In this document: positions 18,734-27,439 of the stretch, piece after piece | Position numbering within the stretch: the first letter of the stretch is position 1 | How the letters are laid out: each line of letters begins with the position of its first letter | Assembly (NCBI GenBank): GCA_964437025.1 | Contig: CAYTEZ010000003.1 | Coordinates: 1 to 43,842 of the forward strand | From: an uncultured Gammaproteobacteria bacterium | GTDB taxonomy: Bacteria; Patescibacteriota; Patescibacteriia; Patescibacteriales; UBA12465 | Length of the DNA stretch: 43,842 nucleotides | Direction of reading: 5' to 3' | Translations under genes and position numbers: made by a program | Notes under the pieces: model-generated | Told to the model about the DNA's origin: nothing | The model's database searches: none | Seen by the model: the letters and a program-made list of their open reading frames with translations, nothing else

Positions 18734-21160
18734 TTAAAAGTTTCTAATTTGAGCAGAGAACTTATCTTCTAAATGTTTAATTAACTTAGAGACAATTTCT
18801 TCAACTTCTTCACCACTAAGAGTTTTGTCTTCTGATTGAAAGCTTAAATGAAAAGCTAAGCTCTTTTTTCCGTTCTCTAAATTTTGTCCGGAGTAGACAT
18901 CAAATAGTTCAATTTTATTAATTAGTGGATGAAAGTTCTTTAGCTCCTTACTGATATCATTATATGATATTTTTTCATTAATTACAAAAGCTAAGTCACG
19001 ATTAACCGCTGGGAATTTAGAAATTCCTTGGTAGCGGTCAACTTTTAATTTGTCGATTATAATTAAAAGATTTTTTAAATTTAATTCACAAGCAGTAGTT
19101 TCGGTTTTTATTCCATTTTTTACAGCAATATTTTTATCAATGGTAGCTAAAAAGCCAATTTCTTTTCCACCTAAAAGTATTAAACATTTTTCATTCTTGT
19201 CAGCCCAATTGATAATAGTTTCGCTACCTAGGAATTCAGCTTCTTGGCCTTGGCTTAATTGATATAGTAAATTAAAAACAATATTTTTTAATTCTTCAAA
19301 AGTGGAACCTTTCTTGTCAGCTAAAATTAAAGCTAGTTTCTTTTCTTGATAGGGAAGGCTTTCTGTCATTTTATCATCTTTGTTTGGTCCACCAGCGGTG
19401 TTAAGAAAAACATTTCCAATTTCAAATAACTTTATACTATCATATTTAGCTTGGTTAGTTTTGATATTAGAAATTAAATTGGTGGTTAGAGTTTGTCGAA
19501 GAAGAGAACTTTGTTTAGATAAAGGATTTAGTAATTTGATGTATGATTTATCATCTAAATCCAGTTTTTCTAATTGTTCTTCACTTACAAAAGAATAGTT
19601 ATATACCTCATTCATTCTAAAAGAATGAACTAGAATATTTCTTATTCTATTAATTAATTCAGCTTCTGGGTTTTTCTCTGGTGGCAAAATACTGCTTTCT
19701 GGTAATGAATTTTTAATATTGTTATAACCATAGATTCTAACAATTTCTTCAATTAAATCTTGTTTGATTTTTAAATCCTTTTGTCTCCAAGAAGGAATAG
19801 CTATTTGCCAGACATTATCATTTTTATCTTTTATTTCTAAACCTAAGCTGCTTAGAATATTTTCTATTTTTTTGTCTTCGATTTTTTGTCCAATAATTTT
19901 TTCAGCCCAAAGCAAATCTAAATTGATTAATTGTTCTTGATTTTTAAAATCTCCGGCTTCTACTAATTCATAGTTAAATTTAGCTTGAGGACAAACCTTT
20001 TTTACAAGTTCAGCCGCTTTTTTAATAGCCATTTCGCACCAGTTAGGATCAAGAGATTTTTCAAAACGCATTACAGCATCGCTTCTAATACCAAGTCTCT
20101 GGGCTGTTTTACGAACTGAAATAGCATCGAAATTAGCTGACTCTATTATGATACTGGTAGAGGCATTATTAATTTGACTATTTTTTCCGCCTAAGACTCC
20201 AGCAATAGCTAAGCTTTCTTTATCGCTACAGATTAACAAATCTTCTTCATCTAAAATTCTTTCTTTATCATCTAGGGTGATTATTTTTTCTCCCTTATTA
20301 GCCTTACGAACAATAATTTTTTTTATATTTTCTCCATCAAAGGCGTGTAAAGGTTGACCCAATTCAATCATGATATAGTTGGTAATATCAACAATATTAT
20401 TAACTGAGTTTAAACCAACGGCGCTTAATTCATTTTTAAGCCATTCAGGTGACTCTTCGATTTTAATATTATCAATTTTTAATCCTAAATAACGACGGCA
20501 AAGATTTTTAGCTTTAATATCAACAGAAATATTTTCTCCCTTTTTGTTTTTTTCTTCTTTGATTTTTAATTCTTTGTATTCGTAATCTTTCAATTTTTTA
20601 TTTAACAAAACGCTTAATTCTCTAGCTAGTCCGTAATGTCCCCATAGATCAGGTCGATTAGATAATGATTTATTATCTACTTCCAAAACAATATTGTCGA
20701 GATTTAAATATTTAGCAAAGTCTTGGCCAACCTTAGCTTTCTCATCTAAAATCATAATACCGCTGTGGTCGTTTCCTAAACCTAGTTCATCAGGAGCGCA
20801 AAGCATACCAAAAGATTCTTCACCTCTAATTTCAGCTTTTTTTATTTCAAAACCCTCACCTAGAACAGCACCAATTTTAGCCAGTGGCACTAATTGAGAA
20901 ACAGCAATATTTGGTGCTCCACAAACAATTTTTAATGGTTCCTTTTCTCCAGCATCTACTAAAGCGATTTGTAGTTTATCAGCTTGGGGATGTTTTTTTA
21001 CTTCCAAAATTTTAGCTACAACAACATTATTAAATCTTTCTTGGGGATTTATAATCTTTTCTACTTCAACGGTATGAGCAGTTAATTTATCTTTAATTTC
21101 CTCAGGGGAAATATTAGAGAGGTTAACAAATTGTTTTAATATATTTAATGATACATTCAT
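18734..21160 (-). CDS. pheT: Phenylalanine--tRNA ligase beta subunit
   Basis: 808 aa with an N-terminal tRNA-binding OB domain (VVAKILEVKKHPQADKL), B3/4 and B5 regions, and a C-terminal FDX-ACB-like domain. Confidence 0.95.
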   Translation of the reverse strand: MNVSLNILKQFVNLSNISPEEIKDKLTAHTVEVEKIINPQERFNNVVVAKILEVKKHPQADKLQIALVDAGEKEPLKIVCGAPNIAVSQLVPLAKIGAVLGEGFEIKKAEIRGEESFGMLCAPDELGLGNDHSGIMILDEKAKVGQDFAKYLNLDNIVLEVDNKSLSNRPDLWGHYGLARELSVLLNKKLKDYEYKELKIKEEKNKKGENISVDIKAKNLCRRYLGLKIDNIKIEESPEWLKNELSAVGLNSVNNIVDITNYIMIELGQPLHAFDGENIKKIIVRKANKGEKIITLDDKERILDEEDLLICSDKESLAIAGVLGGKNSQINNASTSIIIESANFDAISVRKTAQRLGIRSDAVMRFEKSLDPNWCEMAIKKAAELVKKVCPQAKFNYELVEAGDFKNQEQLINLDLLWAEKIIGQKIEDKKIENILSSLGLEIKDKNDNVWQIAIPSWRQKDLKIKQDLIEEIVRIYGYNNIKNSLPESSILPPEKNPEAELINRIRNILVHSFRMNEVYNYSFVSEEQLEKLDLDDKSYIKLLNPLSKQSSLLRQTLTTNLISNIKTNQAKYDSIKLFEIGNVFLNTAGGPNKDDKMTESLPYQEKKLALILADKKGSTFEELKNIVFNLLYQLSQGQEAEFLGSETIINWADKNEKCLILLGGKEIGFLATIDKNIAVKNGIKTETTACELNLKNLLIIIDKLKVDRYQGISKFPAVNRDLAFVINEKISYNDISKELKNFHPLINKIELFDVYSGQNLENGKKSLAFHLSFQSEDKTLSGEEVEEIVSKLIKHLEDKFSAQIRNF

Positions 21161-21174
21161 ATTTTTAGTGTAAA

Positions 21175-22203
21175 TTAAAATTGATCTAAGAAGCGTTTAT
21201 CACCACTGTTAAAAAGTCTAACATCATCAATGTTGTATTTTAACATTACTAAACGGTCTAAACCAAAGCCAAAAGCAAAACCGGAATATTCTTCTGGATC
21301 AATTCCGCCACTTCGTAAAACCTCGGGATGAATCATGCCGCAACCTAGAATTTCTAACCAGCCACTATTTTTACAAACGCGGCAACCTTTTCCTCCGCAC
21401 AAGAAACAGGTAAATTCACCATTGCTACCTGGTTCAACAAAAGGGTAATGTTTAGGACGCATACGGAGCTCAGTGTTTGGTCCGTATAATTTCTTTCCTA
21501 TTAATTCTAGAACTCCTTTTAAATGAGAAAAATTAATATTTTTATCAATAATCATTCCTTCTACTTGGTAAAAAGTATGTTCGTGACGAGCATCAGTAGC
21601 TTCATTTCTAAAACATCTACCAGGAACTAAAACTTTTAATGGAGCACCATATTTTTTCATAGCTCTAATTTGCATTGGGGAAGTATGAGTGCGCATAATC
21701 ATATCGTATTCTCCGTCTTTGTTTTTTTTGTCGATAAAAAAAGTGTCTTGCATTTCTCTAGCAGGATGATGTTTAGGAAAATTTAAAGCTGAGAAATTAT
21801 AGTAATCACTTTCTAATTCTGGGCCATCTAAGATGATAAAGCCCATAGAAGAAAATAGTTCTTCAATTTCTTGCATAACTTGAGTAGTGGGATGAAGATG
21901 GCCTCTTTCAGATAGTTTACCCGGTAGACTAGGGTCAAAAACGCCTTTTTTTTCATTACTGGAATCAAATTTAGTATAAAGTTCGGAGATCTTTTCTGTC
22001 ATTTCTTTCTTGATAGAGTTTCCTAAAATACCAGCTTCTTTTTTCAAGTCTTCGCTTAAATCTTTTATATCTTTCATTAAGGAATTAAAATTACTCTTAC
22101 GACTAAGGTAGTTTTCTTCTAAGTTTTTTAAAGATTCTAAATCTTTAATTTCGTTGAGTTTTTGCAAAAACTCTTCTTTTATTTGATTTAATTTATTTTT
22201 CAT
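21175..22203 (-). CDS. pheS: Phenylalanine--tRNA ligase alpha subunit
   Basis: Class II motifs (HPAREMQDTF, MRTHTS, GFAFGFGLDRL) and a CxxC-x4-CxxC knuckle as seen in Gram-positive-type PheS. Confidence 0.97.
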   Translation of the reverse strand: MKNKLNQIKEEFLQKLNEIKDLESLKNLEENYLSRKSNFNSLMKDIKDLSEDLKKEAGILGNSIKKEMTEKISELYTKFDSSNEKKGVFDPSLPGKLSERGHLHPTTQVMQEIEELFSSMGFIILDGPELESDYYNFSALNFPKHHPAREMQDTFFIDKKNKDGEYDMIMRTHTSPMQIRAMKKYGAPLKVLVPGRCFRNEATDARHEHTFYQVEGMIIDKNINFSHLKGVLELIGKKLYGPNTELRMRPKHYPFVEPGSNGEFTCFLCGGKGCRVCKNSGWLEILGCGMIHPEVLRSGGIDPEEYSGFAFGFGLDRLVMLKYNIDDVRLFNSGDKRFLDQF

Positions 22204-22580
22204 AGAGATTTTTTTTCATTGATTAATATATATTCAATAATAGCCAATATTATTATTAAAAGGGAAATGTTAAGCCAAGAAAAGATATTTTGAGCTAGCA
22301 TAAACAAAATGGCAATTAACAAAAAGGAAAAAAGGAATGATTGACGGAAGGAAGCTTTAACGGAATAGAAGGCTAGGCTTTTGTGGAACATTTTTTGTCG
22401 GATGATAAAGCCAAGTAGGGTAAATATTCCGCTTAAGGAAAGAAATAAAGAGAAGTAGAAAAGAGCAAAGATTATCCAGCTAGTTGTTTCAGGGCTGGTA
22501 AAGTTTAGAACAAAGATAAAAATAGCCCAAGACAACAAACTGGCTCCGGTCATGGTGAGCAGATAATTTTTTAAACTCAT
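22200..22580 (-). CDS. Hypothetical integral membrane protein (4 predicted TM helices)
   Basis: Hydrophobic 126-aa ORF. It has a 4-nt ATGA overlap with pheS and sits 14 nt downstream of valS. Confidence 0.6.
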   Translation of the reverse strand: MSLKNYLLTMTGASLLSWAIFIFVLNFTSPETTSWIIFALFYFSLFLSLSGIFTLLGFIIRQKMFHKSLAFYSVKASFRQSFLFSFLLIAILFMLAQNIFSWLNISLLIIILAIIEYILINEKKSL

Positions 22581-22593
22581 ATTTTATATTTAA

Positions 22594-25215
22594 TTAATTT
22601 TGTTTTAATTTGTTCAATTCAAGTTTGTAATTTTCTAATCTTTCTTGTTCTTTTTCAACTAGAGCTGAAGGAGCTTTTTCAACAAATTCTTTATTACTCA
22701 ATTTAGTTTGAATATTTAAAATCATTTTTTCTAAATTTTCTATTTCTTTTTGAACTCTTATTTTTTCCTTAGCTTCATCAACAGCACCTAGCAGGTAAAT
22801 CTCTGTTTGGCCGATAGTCAATAATATATTTTTTTCGGCTGGTAATTTAGTAGTATCTTCAATTATAGTTATTTCCTCTAGGCCGGTCTTTAAATTTTTA
22901 ATTAGATGTTCATTTTTTGTTATTATGTCTGAGTTAGGACTAATAATCATAGCCTTTATTTTTTTATTTGGCTCTATTTTATTAGCTGAACGAGCGTTTC
23001 TAATAGTTGAAATAATATCTCTAATTAATTCAAACTCTTTTTCTTCCTTTTCAAAATTTCCTAGATTTATTTCTGGCCACTTGGATATCATTATTAGTTT
23101 TTCTTCTCCTAAGTGTTGCCAAATAACTTCAGTAATAAAAGGAATAAAAGGATGCCATAAACGAAGGATTGTTTTTAAGATAAAAATTAAAATCTTACTG
23201 TTGTTATCATCTTTTTCAAACTTCTTGGCTTCTAAGTACCAGTCAGCTAAATCATTCCAAGTAAAATCTTTTAAATTCTCTCCAGCTAGAGAAAATTTAT
23301 ACTCTGACATATTTTTATCAAAGTCTATTACTAGATTTTGCAATTTGTTAAGTATCCATTTGTCGCTAGTATTTAGTTTGTTGGCGTCAAAATCATCTTT
23401 TAAATCTTCGCTGGAACTGATAATGAAACGACTGATGTTCCAAAGCTTGTTTAAAAAGTTACGACTACTTTCAATTTTTTCTTCACTCATTTTCATATCA
23501 TTTCCAGGAGTGTTGCCGATTAACAAAGAAAATCTTAAAGCATCAGTACTAAATTGTTCAATAACATCAAGCGGATCAATACCATTACCTTTAGATTTAC
23601 TCATTTTTTTGCCGTGTTTATCAAGTACCATGCCGTTTAAATATACTTTTTCAAATGGTATTTCGTTTAAAGCAAAAATGGACATAATAATCATGCGGGA
23701 GATCCAGAGAGTAATTAGTTCGTAACCAGTTTCTAACATTTGAGTAGGATGAAACTTTTTTAAGTCACCTAATTTTTCTCCATTTTTAAAATTATCAGGC
23801 CAGCCTAAAGTAGAGAAGGTCCACATACCAGAAGAAAACCAAGTATCTAAGGTGTCAGGATCTTGTTTCCAATTATCACCAGTTGGTTTTTCTTCCCCGA
23901 CATATATTTCCTCAGAATTATCCTTGTACCAAACTGGAATTTGATGACCAAACCAAATTTGACGACTAATACACCAATCATGAAGATTTGAAATCCAATC
24001 ACAATATCTCTTGGTAAATCTTTCGGGGATAAAAGTAGTTTCTTTATTCTGAGCAATTTCTAGAGCTCTTTCCTTAAGTGATTTATTTCCCAAACGAGCT
24101 AGTTTTTTATCAACTGAGATAAACCATTGCTTTGATGGCAGTGGTTCAATAGCGCTATCACAACGATAACAGGTAGAAAGATTATTGTTAATTTCTTCTT
24201 CGCTAATAATTAAATTATTTTGACGTAATTCTTCTACTACCATAGTTCTAGCTTCTAGAGCGCTTAGGCCAGAGAATTTACCAAAACCAGCATGAATATT
24301 TCCGTCTTCGTTTATAACTTTTATACTTGGTAAATTATTTTTTATTGCCATTTGAGAATCAATCATAGAATGAGCTGGAGTAACCCCTAAAGCCCCAGTT
24401 CCAAAATCCATTTCAACATTATTATCAGCTATTATTTTTATTTCTAATTCTTGTCCGCAAAAATTAGCTTTTAAATTTTGTCCAACATATTGTTTGTATC
24501 TCTCATCTTTAGGATTAACAGCGATAGCGGTATCGCCTAGTTTAGTTTCGGGGCGAGTAGTAGAAATAGTTATTGGGAAATTAGTGTCGTATTTAAAAGT
24601 GTATAGAATAGCTTTTTGATCTTTATATTCTAATTCATCATCGGCTAAGGTTGATTTACAGCGAGGGCACCAGTTAACAACTCTTTCACCTCGATAAATA
24701 ATACCTTCGTTGTACATATCGGTAAACATTTTAACTACTGCCTTTTGTCTTTTTTCATCTAAAGTAAAAGCTTGGCGACTCCAATCAATAGAAGCCCCCA
24801 TCTTTCTGGTTTGTTTTAAAATAGTACTTTGAGTTTCGTTTAAAAATTCCCAGACTCTTTTTAAAAATTCTTCTTTTCCTAAATCATGTCTAGTTTTACC
24901 TTCAGCTTTAAACAATCTTTTCTCAACTACGTTTTGTGTGGCAATAGCGGCGTGATCAGTTCCAGGAATCCATAAAGTGCGATAACCTTTCAAGCGATGG
25001 TATCTAATAAAAAGATCTTCAATAGTAATAACTGAAGCGTGACCAATGTGGAGTTTGTCGGTAATATTTGGTGGAGGAAGCACCATACTGTAAGTAGGAG
25101 CATCATCTGGCAATTCTAAATTATCGGGATTAAAATAGCCTGAGTTTTCCCATGCCTCATAAATTTTATCTTCAAAGCTTTTTGCTTCATAAATTTTGTC
25201 CATTTCCGGTCTCAT
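22594..25215 (-). CDS. valS: Valine--tRNA ligase
   Basis: PPPNITDKLHIGH (HIGH), KMSKSKGN, the CP1 editing domain and a C-terminal coiled coil. The start could be the Met at 25203. Confidence 0.97.
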   Translation of the reverse strand: MRPEMDKIYEAKSFEDKIYEAWENSGYFNPDNLELPDDAPTYSMVLPPPNITDKLHIGHASVITIEDLFIRYHRLKGYRTLWIPGTDHAAIATQNVVEKRLFKAEGKTRHDLGKEEFLKRVWEFLNETQSTILKQTRKMGASIDWSRQAFTLDEKRQKAVVKMFTDMYNEGIIYRGERVVNWCPRCKSTLADDELEYKDQKAILYTFKYDTNFPITISTTRPETKLGDTAIAVNPKDERYKQYVGQNLKANFCGQELEIKIIADNNVEMDFGTGALGVTPAHSMIDSQMAIKNNLPSIKVINEDGNIHAGFGKFSGLSALEARTMVVEELRQNNLIISEEEINNNLSTCYRCDSAIEPLPSKQWFISVDKKLARLGNKSLKERALEIAQNKETTFIPERFTKRYCDWISNLHDWCISRQIWFGHQIPVWYKDNSEEIYVGEEKPTGDNWKQDPDTLDTWFSSGMWTFSTLGWPDNFKNGEKLGDLKKFHPTQMLETGYELITLWISRMIIMSIFALNEIPFEKVYLNGMVLDKHGKKMSKSKGNGIDPLDVIEQFSTDALRFSLLIGNTPGNDMKMSEEKIESSRNFLNKLWNISRFIISSSEDLKDDFDANKLNTSDKWILNKLQNLVIDFDKNMSEYKFSLAGENLKDFTWNDLADWYLEAKKFEKDDNNSKILIFILKTILRLWHPFIPFITEVIWQHLGEEKLIMISKWPEINLGNFEKEEKEFELIRDIISTIRNARSANKIEPNKKIKAMIISPNSDIITKNEHLIKNLKTGLEEITIIEDTTKLPAEKNILLTIGQTEIYLLGAVDEAKEKIRVQKEIENLEKMILNIQTKLSNKEFVEKAPSALVEKEQERLENYKLELNKLKQN

Positions 25216-25258
25216 AAGTTTAGTTTTTCTTTATTTTTAGCTTATAAATTATAGTAGT

Positions 25259-25287
25259 ATATTACCAAAATTAACTTGGTCGGTCAA
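25259..25287 (-). promoter_or_regulatory. valS operon promoter candidate
   Basis: Minus strand reads TTGACC (25287-25282), 17 nt, TAATAT (25264-25259). Confidence 0.55.
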
Positions 25288-25295
25288 CTAGCTTA

Positions 25296-25324
25296 TTGAC
25301 TATTTTGCTAAATAAATATATAGT
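25296..25324 (+). promoter_or_regulatory. Promoter candidate for the DHH-family gene
   Basis: TTGACT (25296-25301), 17 nt, TATAGT (25319-25324). Back-to-back with the valS -35 box. Confidence 0.6.
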
Positions 25325-25352
25325 ATTTAGTTAACATTGTAATATCGAAAAC

Positions 25353-26594
25353 ATGACAGTAAATCAGCAGTTTTTTAATCTAATTAAAAAGGCAAACAAT
25401 ATTTTAATAAGTTTCCCAACCGACTGGAACGGCGATGCTATTTCTGGTTCTTTAGCTTTGGCGCTATATTTAAAAAAAATGGGAAAACAAGTTGAAGTAG
25501 GGGCAGAAAAAAACGAAGAAGTCAATAGTTTTAGTGTCCCAATTGATTCTTTTAAATTTTTGCCTAGTTTTTCTGATATTAAGACCTCTTTAGAAAATTT
25601 AATGAAGTTTGTGGTCTCGGTAGATTTAAAAAATGCCAAAGTCAGCCAAATCAAATATACCATTGATGATAATTTTCTTAATTTTATAATTTCGCCCAAG
25701 AGTGGCTTTTTTAAACCGGAAGATATTAAATCTAGTATGCAAGGATTTAAACATGATTTAATTATCACAGTAAATAGTAAAGATTTAGAATCTTTAGGCC
25801 GGGTTTATGATAGTAATATAGATTTCTTTTATAAGACTGATATTATTAATATTGATAATAGTCCTGAGAATGAAGATTATGGTCAGGTTAATATTGTAAA
25901 TTTAAATGCTGTTTCAGCTACAGAAATTATTTATGATTTACTTAGCTCTAATGATTCAGATTTAGCTTTGTTTGATGAAGATATTGCTACTTGTTTGCTT
26001 ACCGGAATTATTTTTAAAACCAAAAGTTTCAAAACTTCTAATTTGACTCCCAAAACTTTACAGATTAGTTCTCGCTTAATTGAGCTGGGAGCTAGAAGAG
26101 AAGAAATTGTAGCCAATCTATATCGTTCTCGTAGTTTAAGTACTCTTAAACTTTGGGGTAGGGTTTTAAATAACCTTAACTCTATTAATGACAATGCAGT
26201 TATTTGGTCTACTGTCTTTAAAAATGATTTTGATTCTTCATCGGCTACGGAAGAAAATTTGCAAGATATTATTGATGAATTAATTTTATCAATACCAACC
26301 GCTAAAATTATTGCTATTTTCTATTCTAATAATGAAATACTAATTCCAGCCGAAGATCAAAATGAAAACTCTTCTGAACAAACAGCGGTGGTTTGCCAAA
26401 ATGACTTAACTGATGTGTTTAAAACTAAGATTTTAATTTATTCTGTTAAAAATGTTAACTCCTTGGATTTGATAAAAAACTTAAATCCAAAAGGAAATAA
26501 TAAGATGGCTTATGCTACTTCTAATCGTCCGATTAAAGAGGTAGAAAAGGAAATTATTTCCAATATTAAAAATTGTCTTGAAAAAATATTCTAA
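25353..26594 (+). CDS. DHH/DHHA1 (NrnA-like) family protein with degenerate catalytic motifs
   Basis: NrnA-like layout (NGDAISGSLAL near the N-terminus, GIIFKTKSF in the motif IV position), but DHH reads IDNS and the other metal-ligand Asp residues are replaced. Confidence 0.7.
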   Translation: MTVNQQFFNLIKKANNILISFPTDWNGDAISGSLALALYLKKMGKQVEVGAEKNEEVNSFSVPIDSFKFLPSFSDIKTSLENLMKFVVSVDLKNAKVSQIKYTIDDNFLNFIISPKSGFFKPEDIKSSMQGFKHDLIITVNSKDLESLGRVYDSNIDFFYKTDIINIDNSPENEDYGQVNIVNLNAVSATEIIYDLLSSNDSDLALFDEDIATCLLTGIIFKTKSFKTSNLTPKTLQISSRLIELGARREEIVANLYRSRSLSTLKLWGRVLNNLNSINDNAVIWSTVFKNDFDSSSATEENLQDIIDELILSIPTAKIIAIFYSNNEILIPAEDQNENSSEQTAVVCQNDLTDVFKTKILIYSVKNVNSLDLIKNLNPKGNNKMAYATSNRPIKEVEKEIISNIKNCLEKIF

Positions 26595-26606
26595 CAATGT
26601 TAGAAT
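26578..26606 (+). promoter_or_regulatory. Extended -10 promoter for the tRNA-Val/tRNA-Ile (and probably hsp20) transcript
   Basis: TTGAAA (26578-26583), 17 nt ending in TGt, TAGAAT (26601-26606). Overlaps the 3' end of the DHH gene. Confidence 0.6.
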
Positions 26607-26617
26607 CTTGCTCAGAG

Positions 26618-26691
26618 GGGTATATAGCTCAGTTGGTTAGAGCGCTACGTCGACATCGTAGAGGTCTCCCGTTCGAGTCGGGATATACCCA
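26618..26691 (+). tRNA. tRNA-Val(GAC), no encoded CCA
   Basis: Cloverleaf by hand: acceptor GGGTATA/TATACCC, D arm GCTC..GAGC, anticodon stem CTACG/CGTAG with loop TCGACAT, T arm TCCCG-TTCGAGT-CGGGA, discriminator A. Confidence 0.9.
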
Positions 26692-26705
26692 CTCTTATTT
26701 TTAAT

Positions 26706-26778
26706 GGGCATATAGCTCAGCGGTTAGAGCACCGCCCTTATAAGGCGGGGGTCGACGGTTCAAATCCATCTATGCCCA
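26706..26778 (+). tRNA. tRNA-Ile(UAU), no encoded CCA
   Basis: Acceptor GGGCATA/TATGCCC, D arm GCTC..GAGC, anticodon stem CCGCC/GGCGG with loop CTTATAA (anticodon TAT), T arm GACGG-TTCAAAT-CCATC (one C-A mismatch), discriminator A. Confidence 0.85.
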
Positions 26779-26782
26779 CACT

Positions 26783-27211
26783 ATGTTAAACTTTTTCAAA
26801 AAAAATCAAGGCAATCTTTATAACATTTCTCCAAACAAAGAGAGTGAAAGTTTTTCTTATAATTGGCCCGAAGAAGAATTATTAGAAGGCCAACTTTTAG
26901 TTGATGTTTATGAAACATCTTCTAATATTATCGTGAAGTCAACCATTTCTGGGGTAAAGCCAGAAAATTTATCAATTTCTCTAAACCGTGATATTTTAAC
27001 TATCAAGGGAAAGAGAGAAGCTGATACTTTAACTGAAGAAGCTGATTGTTTATTACAAGAATGTTACTTCGGTTCTTTTTCTCGCAGTATTATACTGCCA
27101 GAAGAGGTTGATAATAAGAAAATGAAAGCTACTTTAGAAAATGGTGTTTTAACCATAATTTTGGAGAAAATTTATAAGAGCAGCCAGATTAAAATAAAAA
27201 TTAAATCTTAA
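26783..27211 (+). CDS. Hsp20/alpha-crystallin family small heat-shock protein
   Basis: Alpha-crystallin domain LLVDVYETSSNIIVKSTISGVKPENLSISLNRDILTIKGKRE ... ATLENGVLTIILEK. Confidence 0.9.
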   Translation: MLNFFKKNQGNLYNISPNKESESFSYNWPEEELLEGQLLVDVYETSSNIIVKSTISGVKPENLSISLNRDILTIKGKREADTLTEEADCLLQECYFGSFSRSIILPEEVDNKKMKATLENGVLTIILEKIYKSSQIKIKIKS

Positions 27212-27217
27212 ACACTT

Positions 27218-27436
27218 ATGGAAGTTGTTTTAGAACTTATCGGCTTTAAAGGCGATGGAGTTATTTTACGTGATTTAAGTGGCCGTGATATTTTATGGCC
27301 CAAAGATTCTTTCCCAGAAAGTATTCAAGTGGGAGAAAGGGTTAGTTTTTTGTTAGGCGCAAAAGAACTTAATGATTTAAAAAGACAACAAGTGGCCAAA
27401 GATGTTTTAAACGAACTTATAAATAGTGATAATTAA
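27218..27436 (+). CDS. Small hypothetical protein (DUF3006-like)
   Basis: 72 aa with the pattern GDGVILRDLSGRDILWPKDSFPESIQVGERVSF typical of DUF3006. Tightly spaced after hsp20. Confidence 0.55.
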   Translation: MEVVLELIGFKGDGVILRDLSGRDILWPKDSFPESIQVGERVSFLLGAKELNDLKRQQVAKDVLNELINSDN

Positions 27437-27439
27437 AAT

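Noticed and set aside
21360-21440. CxxC-x4-CxxC zinc knuckle (CFLCGGKGCRVC) inserted in the PheS catalytic domain
   Set aside because: From memory, a similar cysteine knuckle occurs at the same place in Gram-positive-type PheS proteins, so I do not consider it novel.
22925-23725. 266-aa plus-strand ORF, plus similar shorter ORFs at 378-629, 3584-3853, 5724-5966, 6396-6617, 15017-15238, 16156-16959, 19050-19598, 20694-20897, 23847-24056, 25364-25768, 25931-26194, 29664-29867, 33267-33479, 35996-36241, 37304-37660, 41409-41645, 42004-42186 and 42808-43047
   Set aside because: All lie antisense to, or out of frame within, well-supported conserved genes (valS, rpoB, topA, pheT, trxA and others). 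Their translations are low-complexity and S/F/L/I-rich, typical of shadow ORFs in AT-rich DNA.
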